This document shows, piece by piece, positions 52,026-61,806 of a stretch of 64,000 bases of DNA. Both the position numbers and the translations under genes were made by a program. This DNA is from Candidatus Marinacidobacterales bacterium (GTDB lineage: Bacteria; Acidobacteriota; Vicinamibacteria; Marinacidobacterales; SMYC01). Positions within the stretch are counted from its first letter, which is position 1. Each line of letters starts with the position of its first letter. Below the pieces are notes generated by a model. It was not told the DNA's origin. It worked only from the letters and a program-made list of their open reading frames with translations, and made no database searches. The DNA lies in the NCBI GenBank assembly GCA_965224085.1, contig CBDCYI010000005.1:1952001-2016000 (forward strand). The letters run 5' to 3'.

Positions 52026-53615
52026 CTATTGTGGCGGGTTTCCGTTTCGCCGTTTCGGAAGCTCGACCTTCTTGTGACGCAAGGCCTCGAGGGAGCGAAT
52101 CAGAACGGCGCGGGTGTCCCGTGGGTCGATAATGTCGTCCACGAAGTCGTAACGGTAATTCTCCGCGAGGCTGAAGATGTTGATGTACTTCTCCCGATAC
52201 TCCCGGCAGCGCTCCTCGAGGAGCCGCGCCTGTTCTTCGTTGTTCTTCGCGTTGTCCAGGTCCTTGGACCAGATGATGGCGGCCGCCTGCTCTGGCCCCA
52301 TGATCGAGATCTCGGCGGTGGGCCAGGCGTAGGAGAAATCGGCTCCCATCGTCTTCGAGCCCATGACCACGTTGCCGCCGCCATAAGAGCGGCGCACCAC
52401 AATCGAGATCTTGGGGACGGTGGCACAAGCATAGCCGTACAAAAGCTTCGCCCCGTGACGGAGGATCGCCTGATTCTCCCATTCGCGACCCACCACGAAG
52501 CCCGGGGTGTCGATCAGCGTGATGATGGGGAGATGGAAGGCGTTGCAGAAGGTCATGAGACGCATGTACTTGTCGGAGCAGTCGTTCTCCATGACCCCGC
52601 CCATCTCGTCGGGGTTGTTCGCGATGAGCCCCACCGGCTGGCCACCGAAGCGCGCCAGACCGGTGATGATGTTGGGAGCGAAGTCCGGCTTGATCTCGAG
52701 AAAGCTCCTTTGATCCACGATGCGTTCGACGATCTCGTGCATGTCGTAGGTCATCTGCGGGGAGTCCGGAAGGATGTCGAGCAGCTCTTCGTCCCGCCGA
52801 TCGGCGGGATCGTCGCAGGAGACCCGTGGGGGTTGCTCTTCACAATGCTGCGGCAGGTAGGCCAGGAGCTGCCGGGCGAACAGCACCGCCTCTCCATCGT
52901 CCTCGGCGATGAGATCGCACTGCCCGGCCGCCATGTTCGAGTCCGCCGAGCCCACCACAGAGTCGTCGATGTCCTCGCCGGTCGCCGCCTTGGTCAGGCG
53001 AGGACCACCCAGCCACATGAACGCCGTTTTCCGCGTCATGATCAGGAAGTCCGACAGCATCGGCGAATAGCCCTGCCCGGCCGCACAGGGACCCATCAGG
53101 ATCTGGATCTGGGGTATCACACCGGAATGTATGGACTGGTTGATGAAGATGCGGTTGAAGGGTCGGGACAGAGCACTCCCTTCATGAAGCCGTGCCCCTG
53201 CCGAGTCGAGCATGCCGACCACCGGTACCCTCATTCGACCGGCAAGCTCGATGATGGCGGCGATTTTGGCCGAGTGGCTTTCGCCGGCGCTTCCGGCCAG
53301 GATGGTGAAATCGGTCGCGTAGACACAGACTTCCCGTCCCTCGACTCTGCCGTGGCCGATCACGACACCGTCCGCGGGCGTGTCCCGCCCCTTCATCCCG
53401 AACTCCTCGTTGTGGGAGCGCACCAGCCCGCCGAGCTCGACGAAACTTCCTGGGTCGAAGAAACTGACGAGCCGTTCCCGGGCAGCGAGCTTTCCCCGGC
53501 TGTGCTGTTTCGCGACTTTTTCGGCGCCGCCCATGGCGGCGAGCTTCGCCTTTTTCGCTTCGAGCTCCTCTAGCAGACGGTCGATCGACCGCGCGCCGGT
53601 TTTCGCCGTACCCAT
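52026..53615 (-). CDS. acyl-CoA carboxylase carboxyltransferase (beta) subunit
   Basis: 'GKLAARER', 'DSAGARLHEG', 'DTPGF', 'SYGG' and 'IIDPRDTR'. Confidence 0.92.
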   Translation of the reverse strand: MGTAKTGARSIDRLLEELEAKKAKLAAMGGAEKVAKQHSRGKLAARERLVSFFDPGSFVELGGLVRSHNEEFGMKGRDTPADGVVIGHGRVEGREVCVYATDFTILAGSAGESHSAKIAAIIELAGRMRVPVVGMLDSAGARLHEGSALSRPFNRIFINQSIHSGVIPQIQILMGPCAAGQGYSPMLSDFLIMTRKTAFMWLGGPRLTKAATGEDIDDSVVGSADSNMAAGQCDLIAEDDGEAVLFARQLLAYLPQHCEEQPPRVSCDDPADRRDEELLDILPDSPQMTYDMHEIVERIVDQRSFLEIKPDFAPNIITGLARFGGQPVGLIANNPDEMGGVMENDCSDKYMRLMTFCNAFHLPIITLIDTPGFVVGREWENQAILRHGAKLLYGYACATVPKISIVVRRSYGGGNVVMGSKTMGADFSYAWPTAEISIMGPEQAAAIIWSKDLDNAKNNEEQARLLEERCREYREKYINIFSLAENYRYDFVDDIIDPRDTRAVLIRSLEALRHKKVELPKRRNGNPPQ

Positions 53616-53619
53616 GCGC

Positions 53620-53943
53620 CTAGTCCTTTATCTCGAGCTCGAGGCGGAGCAGGTTGGGGCCATAAGCTTTGCCCGTCTGGTCCATCATCAGGGTGCGGGT
53701 CGCACCGCCACCCAGCGCCTGTTTTAGCACGAACTCGAGAGAATTCAGGTTGTCCATCTCATAGCGCGTCACATCACCCCTGACGAAATCCTTGAAGTGC
53801 GACTTCACTTTGTCCGCGCTCAGGTGCTTCTTGAGCGTGGCGTAGGCAGCGTCGTCCTTGGCCATGACGCCGATGTTGATGATATCTCCCTTGTCGCCCG
53901 AGCGAGCATAGGCGAGCTCACGCAGCTGGACCGTTTGCGCCAT
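53620..53943 (-). CDS. AtuA-like small (C-terminal) domain protein
   Basis: 'LAYARSGDKGD..NIGV' and 'LGGGATRTLMMDQTGK'. Confidence 0.85.
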   Translation of the reverse strand: MAQTVQLRELAYARSGDKGDIINIGVMAKDDAAYATLKKHLSADKVKSHFKDFVRGDVTRYEMDNLNSLEFVLKQALGGGATRTLMMDQTGKAYGPNLLRLELEIKD

Positions 53944-55310
53944 TAAGACACCTCGAGGACTTCCACGCGCTCCCGGACGAGCTCGCGCGGAATGAGCGTC
54001 GGCCACAAAGCAATGATCTCTCGCGGCGGTGGCGGGGAGATGACCGCGGTGGTGCCCACCGGGCCATGGGTCCAGAGGTGCGTCACTTCCCGCCGGACTT
54101 GATTGGCGAACTGGCGGCTGGTCGTCTTGACCGCGACCCGAACCCGGACCTCGTTGACTTCCGCGAGATCGGAGGGCAATTTCGCAAGCGGACCGTGAAT
54201 GGAGTTGAGTCCGATGTAGTCGAAACGCGACTCGACGATGGGAATCTCGCGCGCCTCGAATCGACCGCGAAGGAAGCGCTCGCAGAACTGGGCTTTTTCG
54301 TAAGCGTCGGGCCAGCACACGCTGATTTCGGACTCGCCGAGCCAGCCGTCCGTGTAGCCGAGGCAGAACTTGAGCTTCTCCGGTCGCGGTTTGCCCCGAA
54401 AGCCGCTCACTTTGACCTGATCCGGACCTACCGGTTCCAGTCGGATGTCCGAGAAATCCGCAATCGCATCCGCCATCAAGTAATTCTTCGGATCGTGAAC
54501 TTCGTAAACGAGATGCTCTTTGACCGTCCACTCCGTGACCATCCGCCCGCTGCCCGGCGCCTTGGTGATGATCGCCTCGCCGTTCTCCTCGACTTGTGCG
54601 ATGGGAAAGGCGACGCGCCAGGGCTCCTCGATGTCTTTCCAGAAGTTCGACATGCCGCCCGCGCAACCCGCCGAGCACTCGATGATGTGACCGATGGTGA
54701 CCGCCGCCGCCATCTTGTCCCAATCGTCCAGGGACCAACCCAGCTCGTGCACCATCGGCGCGACGTAGACCGAGTTATCGGTGGCCCTGCCGGTGATGAT
54801 GACGTCGGCGCCGGCTCCGAGCGCCTCGATCTGGCCCTCCGAACCGATATAGGCATTGGCGGAGACAATGCGGTCGGCGACCGGATCGATGTCCTCCTCG
54901 CCGGTATCCAGATTGGGGAATTTCACGCCTTCATTTCGAAAGTCGGAAAGCTGTTCCAAGACGTCGTCACCAAACACCAGACCAAGCTTCATCCCCTTGT
55001 ACCCGAGCTCCGAGGCCACAGCCGCCACGGCCTCGCCGGCCGCCTGTACGTTGGCCCCGCCAGCGTTGGTCAGCATGCGAATGCCCTTGTCTCGCGCGAT
55101 GGGCAAGAGTTTCTTCATCCATGGAATCAAATCGGGGATGTAGCCGCGCTGGGGATCCTTGTTCTTCATTCGCTGAAGGATGGACATGGTGAGCTCGGCG
55201 AGGTGATCGAAGCCGATGTACTGCACCTCCCCCTTCTCTGCGAGCTCCACCGCCGGGTCGAGCATGTCCCCCCAGGACGCGGAGCCACAGCCCATCCGAA
55301 CAGATTTCAT
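53943..55310 (-). CDS. AtuA/DUF1446 family protein
   Basis: 'GSASWGD', 'LAELTM', 'TNAGG', 'ANAYIG', 'ITGRATD', 'GHIIEC' and 'LVYEVHDP'. Confidence 0.88.
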   Translation of the reverse strand: MKSVRMGCGSASWGDMLDPAVELAEKGEVQYIGFDHLAELTMSILQRMKNKDPQRGYIPDLIPWMKKLLPIARDKGIRMLTNAGGANVQAAGEAVAAVASELGYKGMKLGLVFGDDVLEQLSDFRNEGVKFPNLDTGEEDIDPVADRIVSANAYIGSEGQIEALGAGADVIITGRATDNSVYVAPMVHELGWSLDDWDKMAAAVTIGHIIECSAGCAGGMSNFWKDIEEPWRVAFPIAQVEENGEAIITKAPGSGRMVTEWTVKEHLVYEVHDPKNYLMADAIADFSDIRLEPVGPDQVKVSGFRGKPRPEKLKFCLGYTDGWLGESEISVCWPDAYEKAQFCERFLRGRFEAREIPIVESRFDYIGLNSIHGPLAKLPSDLAEVNEVRVRVAVKTTSRQFANQVRREVTHLWTHGPVGTTAVISPPPPREIIALWPTLIPRELVRERVEVLEVS

Positions 55311-55671
55311 ACAGACCCCTGCGTCCTAGCGCGATCCGGAACCGGCGTCTCAGCGTTCACACTCACCTGCGAAAATGGAATCGGGATTGGCTGCGGTGGG
55401 ACACATGTCACTTCCGTCCGGGACCGGTTCCCCGCGTATTTCGACCCGCCGGTAGAATTATAGTGACCGGGTAGGATCCTGTCTATCCTTCTACGTAAAA
55501 AAGTACACTCCTTTCCCGCATGGAAATGAGACGCGCAGCCGCAGCCGATGAGGCGGTATCTCCGTAAATCATTCTACCGTTACGGTCAAAAACGTTTGAC
55601 AACGTGTTGGCGCTGACCTTATAAGGGAGTTCTTGACGATGGAGTCGCTCGCTGAAGGCTGGAGGTGATTT

Positions 55672-56589
55672 GTGCAGTTCGGCGTCACCCTGCCAAATTT
55701 CCCTTACGGTGCAGCACCGAGCCGCGATCACTTGCTGGAGGTGGCCCGCGTTGCCGAGGAGCAGGGTTACACCTCGCTTTGGACGAGCGATCATATCCTC
55801 GTGGGGTCCGCGTTTCCCCGATACGGCCACATCTACGAGGCCCTCGTGACACTGGCCTGGCTGGCGGCGAAGACCAAGACGATTCGGCTGGGCACTTCGG
55901 TTCTGGTCGTACCCATGCGCAACGCGATCCTGACCGCGAAACAAGTGGCCACGATTGATGAGCTGTCCGGCGGGCGCTTCATCCTCGGGGCGGGCATTGG
56001 GTGGAACGAAGAGGAGTACGGCTTTCTCGGCGCCAAATTCAAGAAAAGGGGCGAGGTGATGAACGAGTCGCTCGCCGTGATTCGCGACCTGTGGACAGCC
56101 GAGAAGCCCTCGTTCTCCGGCCAGTTTCACCGCTACGAGAACGCGCTGTTCGAACCGAAGCCGGAGCAGAAGGGAGGGCCTCCGATCTGGGTGGGGGGGA
56201 ACTCGGACCGGGCGCTCAGTCGCGCCGCCCGGCTGGGCGACGGCTGGCACGCCGACGAGGTCGACCCGGCGGGCTTCGCCGAAGCGTCCAGGAAGGTCGA
56301 GCGCTATGCCAGCGAGCACGGGAGGAGCGTCGGCGTCTCGATCCGATATACCGTCGACCTCTTCGCGGCCACCGGAAACAAGAAGGAACAGGCTGTTTCC
56401 GAAGGCTATTATCTCGGAAACCAAGGCGAGGTCGGGATGCGCGGATCGCTCGAAGAGATGATCGACTTCGTGCGGAAATACCGGAACATGGGTGCCACCG
56501 ATTTCATTTGCCAGTTCGAGCACGATTCGGTGGAGCAGCACCTGGACTTCATACGCACGTTTCGCCGCGAGGTCGCGGACCAGATCTGA
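55672..56589 (+). CDS. LLM-class oxidoreductase, probable F420-dependent type
   Basis: 'LWTSDH', 'IRLGTSVLV', 'SGGRFILGAGIGW' and 'PPIWVGGNS'. Confidence 0.8.
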   Translation: MQFGVTLPNFPYGAAPSRDHLLEVARVAEEQGYTSLWTSDHILVGSAFPRYGHIYEALVTLAWLAAKTKTIRLGTSVLVVPMRNAILTAKQVATIDELSGGRFILGAGIGWNEEEYGFLGAKFKKRGEVMNESLAVIRDLWTAEKPSFSGQFHRYENALFEPKPEQKGGPPIWVGGNSDRALSRAARLGDGWHADEVDPAGFAEASRKVERYASEHGRSVGVSIRYTVDLFAATGNKKEQAVSEGYYLGNQGEVGMRGSLEEMIDFVRKYRNMGATDFICQFEHDSVEQHLDFIRTFRREVADQI

Positions 56590-56601
56590 GAGGAGCGAGG
56601 T

Positions 56602-57711
56602 TTGCTTCAGCAAGCGAAGGCATCGAAAGCTGCGGAGGGCCGCGGACACCAACGAGGACCGGTCCGCACGCTGGATCCGGAGGGGAACCTCCTCGTGGAC
56701 GAGCCGCCACTGAGCGACGAGGAGGCTGTCGCGGGTCTTCGCGCGATGTTGCTCGGACGACGGTACGACGAGCTCTGTATCAAGCTGGCTCGCCGCGGTC
56801 TCATGGTGACCCTCGCACCCGGCATCGGCCAGGAAGCCTGTAGCGTCGGAAGCGTCCTGCCGCTCGAGCGTCATCGTGACTGGTTCGTTCCCCAGTACCG
56901 CGAGGCGGCCGGCCAGCTGTTCCACGGATTGGACCTCGTCCAGGCCTTCTTGTGGCACATGGGAAGCCCCATCGGGTTTTACATTCCGGAAGGCGTGAAG
57001 ATGCTCCCCTTCCAGGCCGCGGTGTCCGGGCAGATCCCTCACGCGGTGGGACTCGCCTGGGGGCTCAAGCACCAGGGGAAGACCGACGTCGTCGTGGTGC
57101 ACTTCGGCGAAGGGGGATCCTCACAAGGAGATTTTCTCGAGGCGGCCAACCTGGCTGGCCTCCGCAAGGCTCCGGTCATCTTCTTCTGCCAAAACAACGA
57201 ATGGGCCATCGCCACTCCGCGAGAGCTGCAAACCGCGTCCGAGACCATCGCGCAAAAGGCCGACGCGTTCGGATTCCGCGGTGTTTCGGTGGACGGAAAC
57301 GATCTCTTCGCCGTGTACGACGTGACGCGCCAAGCGGTCGAGCGCGCCCGGGCCGGAGAGGGTCCGACGCTCATCGAGGGCATGACCTACCGATTGGGAA
57401 TCCACACCACCGCGGATGCCTCGCGCCTCGATCCTCCCGAAGTCTTCGAAGCCTGGGAGAAGAAAGACCCGCTGCTTCGCGTTCAGCGCTACCTGGAAAA
57501 GCGCGGCGCCTGGAACGCGTCGGTGGGGGAGGCGATGGAGCAGGAAGTCAAGGCGGAGCTCGATGCCGCCTGGGCGGAGGCGCAGCAGCGTCCGCCTTCG
57601 CGAGGCCACGAGGGCATCGCTCACGTCTTCGCCCAAATGCCCCCCCGACTTCGGGAGCAGCAGCGCGAGCTCCGGGAGCGAGCCGGTAACGGAGATGACG
57701 CCCGTGACTAA
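56602..57711 (+). CDS. 2-oxoacid dehydrogenase E1 alpha subunit
   Basis: 'GQEA', 'PQYRE', TPP motif 'GEG...QNN' and 'YRLGIHTTAD'. Confidence 0.9.
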   Translation: MLQQAKASKAAEGRGHQRGPVRTLDPEGNLLVDEPPLSDEEAVAGLRAMLLGRRYDELCIKLARRGLMVTLAPGIGQEACSVGSVLPLERHRDWFVPQYREAAGQLFHGLDLVQAFLWHMGSPIGFYIPEGVKMLPFQAAVSGQIPHAVGLAWGLKHQGKTDVVVVHFGEGGSSQGDFLEAANLAGLRKAPVIFFCQNNEWAIATPRELQTASETIAQKADAFGFRGVSVDGNDLFAVYDVTRQAVERARAGEGPTLIEGMTYRLGIHTTADASRLDPPEVFEAWEKKDPLLRVQRYLEKRGAWNASVGEAMEQEVKAELDAAWAEAQQRPPSRGHEGIAHVFAQMPPRLREQQRELRERAGNGDDARD

Positions 57712-58687
57712 AATGACGATGGTGGAGGCCATTCGCGACACCCTTCACCACGAGATGGAGCGCGACCCGCGGGTCGTCGTTCTCGGCGAGGACGTCGCCC
57801 GGGTCGGCGGCGTTTTTCGCGCCACCGAGGGACTTGCAGAGGCGTTCGGCACTGACCGTGTCGTGGACATGCCGCTCGCCGAGGGCACCATCATCGGTTC
57901 CGTCCTCGGTCTTGCGATATCGGGCCTGGTTCCGGTTGTCGAGATCCAGTTCATGGGCTTTACGCACAACGCCTTCAATCAAATCGTCGAACAGCTGGCA
58001 CGGATCCGTTACCGCTCGTGGGGAAGTCTCTCCGCGCCGGTGACGATTCGCACGCCCTACGGCGGAGGGGTGCGGGCTCCCGAGATGCACTCGGATGGAT
58101 TCGAGGCGCATTTTGCCCACTGTCCTGGCCTGAAGCTCGTGGCGCCGTCGAATCCCGCGGACGCACGGGGGCTCCTGCTGTCTTCGGTGCGCGATCCCGA
58201 TCCGGTCATGTTCCTCGAACCGCTTCGCGGATATCGACTGACGAAAGGCGAGGTTCCGTCCAGCTACGAACCCTTTCCCCTCGGCGAGGCTCGAGTCGTG
58301 CGGGAGGGTGAGGACTGCACCGTCATCGCGTGGAGCGCGGCGGTCGAAGTCGTCCGCCAGGCCGCCGAAGAGGCCGCTCGGCATGGTATTTCGGCGGAGG
58401 TCATCGACCTGAGAACACTCGTTCCGCTCGATACGGAGACGCTCGCTGATTCGGTCCGGAAGACCGGCCGAGTCGTGGTGGCCCAGGAGTCCTGCAAGAC
58501 GGGCGGATTTGCCGCAGAGGTCCTCACGTCGATTCAAGAGGCAGAGGATGTGTTCTACTCCCTCGAGGCGCCGATGATCCGCGTCTGCGCGCCCGACATG
58601 CCGTACCCGGTGCAGGTGCTCGAGCCCGACTACCTGCTCAACAAGGACCACGTGCTCGAGGCCATGCAAAAGGTCGTGGGGAGCTAG
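57695..58687 (+). CDS. 2-oxoacid dehydrogenase E1 beta subunit
   Basis: 'GEDV..GGVFRAT', 'EIQF' and 'IDLRTLVPLD'. Confidence 0.92.
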   Translation: MTPVTKMTMVEAIRDTLHHEMERDPRVVVLGEDVARVGGVFRATEGLAEAFGTDRVVDMPLAEGTIIGSVLGLAISGLVPVVEIQFMGFTHNAFNQIVEQLARIRYRSWGSLSAPVTIRTPYGGGVRAPEMHSDGFEAHFAHCPGLKLVAPSNPADARGLLLSSVRDPDPVMFLEPLRGYRLTKGEVPSSYEPFPLGEARVVREGEDCTVIAWSAAVEVVRQAAEEAARHGISAEVIDLRTLVPLDTETLADSVRKTGRVVVAQESCKTGGFAAEVLTSIQEAEDVFYSLEAPMIRVCAPDMPYPVQVLEPDYLLNKDHVLEAMQKVVGS

Positions 58688-58734
58688 CACCTTGTTCGAG
58701 AAGGGGCTGCGGGCGGGCACGGAGCACTGAAGCC

Positions 58735-59976
58735 ATGGCGCGCCTGGAGTTCCGTATGCCCGATGTGGGCGAAGGGCTGGCCGAAGCGGAAGTCCTGAAG
58801 TGGCTCGTGAAAGTCGGGGAACGGGTCGCGGAGAACGATCCCGTCGCCGAGGTGGAGACCGACAAAGCGGTCGTTACGATGCCCGCCCCCGCCACCGGAA
58901 CGATGGCGGAGCTCACCGTGAGCGAGGGCGAGAGAGTGAAAGTTGGCTCGCTCCTTTTCGTCATGGACTTGGACGGGGCGGCGACCTCGACGACGGCTGG
59001 GGCGCCAGAGAAGGAGGTCGAGGCGGTTGTTTCACGCGCGGGTCCCGCTCCGCACGGCGCTGGCCAGGCGGGAGAGGGCGCATCCGCTCGGGTCCTCGCC
59101 GCCCCGGTCGTCCGGAAGCTAGCAGAAGCGAAGGGCATCGATCTCGAGTCGGTTCCGGGCTCAGGTCCCCGGGGGCGCATCACCCGCGAGGATGTCGAGG
59201 GCTTTGTGCAAAAGCGGGATGAGCCGCTGAGCGCATCCGCCGCCGCGGCACCGGAAGAGCCGGGTAAGCAAGTCGAGCGCATCCCGCTGCGAGGACTGAG
59301 GCGGCGCATCGCCGAGGCCATGACCCTTTCGGCGAGAACCATCCCCCACGTCTGCGGCTTTCACGAAATCGACGCCGCACCGCTCACGAACCTGAGAGCC
59401 AGACTCCGGCCGCGTGCCGAGGCTTCTTCGGTAAGGCTGACCTATCTTCCCTTCATCGTTCGTGCGACGGTGCTCGCACTCGAGCAGCATCCCTATCTCA
59501 ACGCCTCCATTGACGAGAAAGAGCTCGTCATCACGTTAAAGAAGCGCTTCAACGTCGGCATCGCCATCGCCACCGAAGAGGGCCTAGTCGTTCCCGTCCT
59601 TCACGGAGCCGATCGGCTCGGGATACTGGAGCTGGCACGTCGCATCGAGGCGCTCGGTCTCGCCGCCCGCGAGCGGCGGCTCCAACCGGCGGACATGCGT
59701 GGAGGCACGTTCACCATCACCAACGTCGGGCAGGCGGGAGGCTGGTTCGGTACTTCCATCATCCGCCATCCCGAAGCCGCGATCCTCGGAGTGGGTCGTA
59801 TCAGCAAGCGTCCAGTGGTGCGCGACGGCCAGATCGTCGTCGGTGCCGTGCTGCCCATTTCGCTGACGTTCGACCATCGGATCCTCGATGGCGATGGGGC
59901 GCTCGCGTTCGTCCAGAGCCTGCGGGATCAGCTCGAGCGTCCGGAGCAGCTTCTGCTCGGCGAGCCCCAGTGGTAG
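58735..59976 (+). CDS. dihydrolipoamide acyltransferase E2
   Basis: Lipoyl 'ETDKA', PSBD 'GSGPRGRITREDV' and 'FDHRILDG'. Confidence 0.93.
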   Translation: MARLEFRMPDVGEGLAEAEVLKWLVKVGERVAENDPVAEVETDKAVVTMPAPATGTMAELTVSEGERVKVGSLLFVMDLDGAATSTTAGAPEKEVEAVVSRAGPAPHGAGQAGEGASARVLAAPVVRKLAEAKGIDLESVPGSGPRGRITREDVEGFVQKRDEPLSASAAAAPEEPGKQVERIPLRGLRRRIAEAMTLSARTIPHVCGFHEIDAAPLTNLRARLRPRAEASSVRLTYLPFIVRATVLALEQHPYLNASIDEKELVITLKKRFNVGIAIATEEGLVVPVLHGADRLGILELARRIEALGLAARERRLQPADMRGGTFTITNVGQAGGWFGTSIIRHPEAAILGVGRISKRPVVRDGQIVVGAVLPISLTFDHRILDGDGALAFVQSLRDQLERPEQLLLGEPQW

Positions 59977-59990
59977 GGGCAGCGGCAGTT

Positions 59991-60980
59991 ATGAAATTCG
60001 GGCTCTGGTATCACCTCAGAAATCCTCCCCAATGGAAGCAGCCCTGGGGCGAGCTCTACGCCCACGCACTGGAGCAGATCGAAACTGCAGAAACGCTCGG
60101 ATTCGATTCGATCTGGACGTCCGAGCATCATTTCATCGAGGACGGCTACCTTCCGTCCTCACTCGTATTCCTGGCCGGTGTGGCGGGCCGAACTCGCCGG
60201 GTCAGGCTCGGGACGCTGGTCCTGCTGCTGCCGCTTCACAATCCGATTCGCGTCGCCGAGGACACGGCGGTGCTGGATCTCCTTTCGGGTGGGCGGGTCG
60301 ATCTCGGAGTCGCCGCCGGCTATCGCGTGGAAGAGTTCGAGGCGTTCGGGGTTTCCCATCGCGAGCGCGGAAAGCGAATGGACGAAGCGGTTTCGATCCT
60401 CCGGGGAGCCTGGAAGGAGGGGAACTTCTCTTACAAGGGGAGCTTTTTCGAGATCGACGAGCTGGACGTCACGCCCAAGCCACTCCAGGATCCGCTTCCG
60501 CTGTTCATGGGAGGAGGCTCGAAAGCCGCCATGCGGCGGGCGGCACGACTGGGCTGTCACCTGCTGCCGCCTCCCGACCGGGAGCTCATCGAGTTGTACC
60601 GTGACGAGCTCGAGAAGAACGGAAAAAAACCCGACGAGTTCCGAATAAAGTTGTTCCAGCCGATGTATTGCTGCGAGGATCGGGAGCTGGGCTGGAAGGA
60701 AGTCAAAGAGCACTATCTCTACATGCACAACTGGTATCGGCGATGGTACCGGGAGGCGGGAGATGGAACCGCGCCGGAACTGACGGACCCCGACGCTATA
60801 CCGCGAGACGCCTACTTCGTCGGCACTCCCGACGATTGCGCGGCGGCGATTCGGCGGCTCACGGCCAACTTTAACTTCGAGGAGTTCATCTTCTGGGCAC
60901 GACCTCCCGGACTCGCCTGGGACAAATCCACGCGCTCGATGGAGCTGTTTGCCCGCGAGGTGCTTCCGCGATTCCATTGA
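59991..60980 (+). CDS. LLM-class flavin-dependent oxidoreductase
   Basis: 'WTSEHH', 'VRLGT' and 'LSGGRVDLGV'. Confidence 0.85.
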   Translation: MKFGLWYHLRNPPQWKQPWGELYAHALEQIETAETLGFDSIWTSEHHFIEDGYLPSSLVFLAGVAGRTRRVRLGTLVLLLPLHNPIRVAEDTAVLDLLSGGRVDLGVAAGYRVEEFEAFGVSHRERGKRMDEAVSILRGAWKEGNFSYKGSFFEIDELDVTPKPLQDPLPLFMGGGSKAAMRRAARLGCHLLPPPDRELIELYRDELEKNGKKPDEFRIKLFQPMYCCEDRELGWKEVKEHYLYMHNWYRRWYREAGDGTAPELTDPDAIPRDAYFVGTPDDCAAAIRRLTANFNFEEFIFWARPPGLAWDKSTRSMELFAREVLPRFH

Positions 60981-60993
60981 TAGAGAAAGTTCC

Positions 60994-61776
60994 TTGACGT
61001 ACCGGCACCTTGCATCTTCCCGCGACGGGGCTGTCGAGCACCTGACGCTCGATCGGCCCGACGTCAGAAACGCCTTCAACGAGGCGCTCATCGGGGAGCT
61101 GGCGGCGTGGGCCGCGGCGGCGCGTAAGGACGAATCGCTTCGGGTCGTGGTGCTCTCCGGCCGGGGGAAAGTCTTCTCCGCGGGGGCGGACCTCGAATGG
61201 ATGTCGAAGACCGCCGGCTACACCGAGGACCAGTATCTCCGCGATGCTTCGAGACTCGCGGACATGCTCGCGTCGCTCGACACGCTGCCGCAGGCACTGG
61301 TGGGTCGGGTCCACGGCGCCGCCATCGCCGGCGGTATCGGCCTCGTGAGCGTCTGCGACATCGTCATCGCCGAGGAGAACACCGTTTTCGGGTTTTCCGA
61401 AGTCAACCTGGGCATCGTTCCCGCCGTGATCTCGCCGTACGTCGTCGCGAAGATCGGTCCCTCGGCGGCGCGGGAGCTTTTCGTGACCGGCAGGCGCTTC
61501 GGCGCCGAGCGGGCTCGCGAGCTGGGCCTGGTCCATTCGGTCGTTCCAGCGTCGGAGCTCGACCGGGCGGTCGAAAGCCATCTTCAGGAGCTGCGTTCCT
61601 CGGCACCGGCAGCGGTCGCCGACGCGAAGACACTCGTCCGGTCGATCTTTGCGAAATCGCCCGCCGAGGCCCGGGACGTGGCGAGTGGGATCCTGGCGAG
61701 ACGCCGCGCCTCGGACGAGGCCCGGGCTGGCATGAAGGCGTTTTTCGAGAAGAAAAAGCCTCCTTGGGCCGAATAG
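60994..61776 (+). CDS. enoyl-CoA hydratase (methylglutaconyl-CoA hydratase-like)
   Basis: 'RNAFN', 'FSAGADL' and 'FSEVNLGIVPAVISPYV'. Confidence 0.85.
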   Translation: MTYRHLASSRDGAVEHLTLDRPDVRNAFNEALIGELAAWAAAARKDESLRVVVLSGRGKVFSAGADLEWMSKTAGYTEDQYLRDASRLADMLASLDTLPQALVGRVHGAAIAGGIGLVSVCDIVIAEENTVFGFSEVNLGIVPAVISPYVVAKIGPSAARELFVTGRRFGAERARELGLVHSVVPASELDRAVESHLQELRSSAPAAVADAKTLVRSIFAKSPAEARDVASGILARRRASDEARAGMKAFFEKKKPPWAE

Positions 61777-61806
61777 CAGATCACTGGATAGAGAGAGGAG
61801 GACATC

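Noticed and set aside
47683-57102. Long antisense ORFs (47683-49842, 52029-53573, 54066-55463, 55483-57102)
   Set aside because: They mirror well-supported genes on the opposite strand, which is expected in GC-rich DNA, and carry no family motifs.
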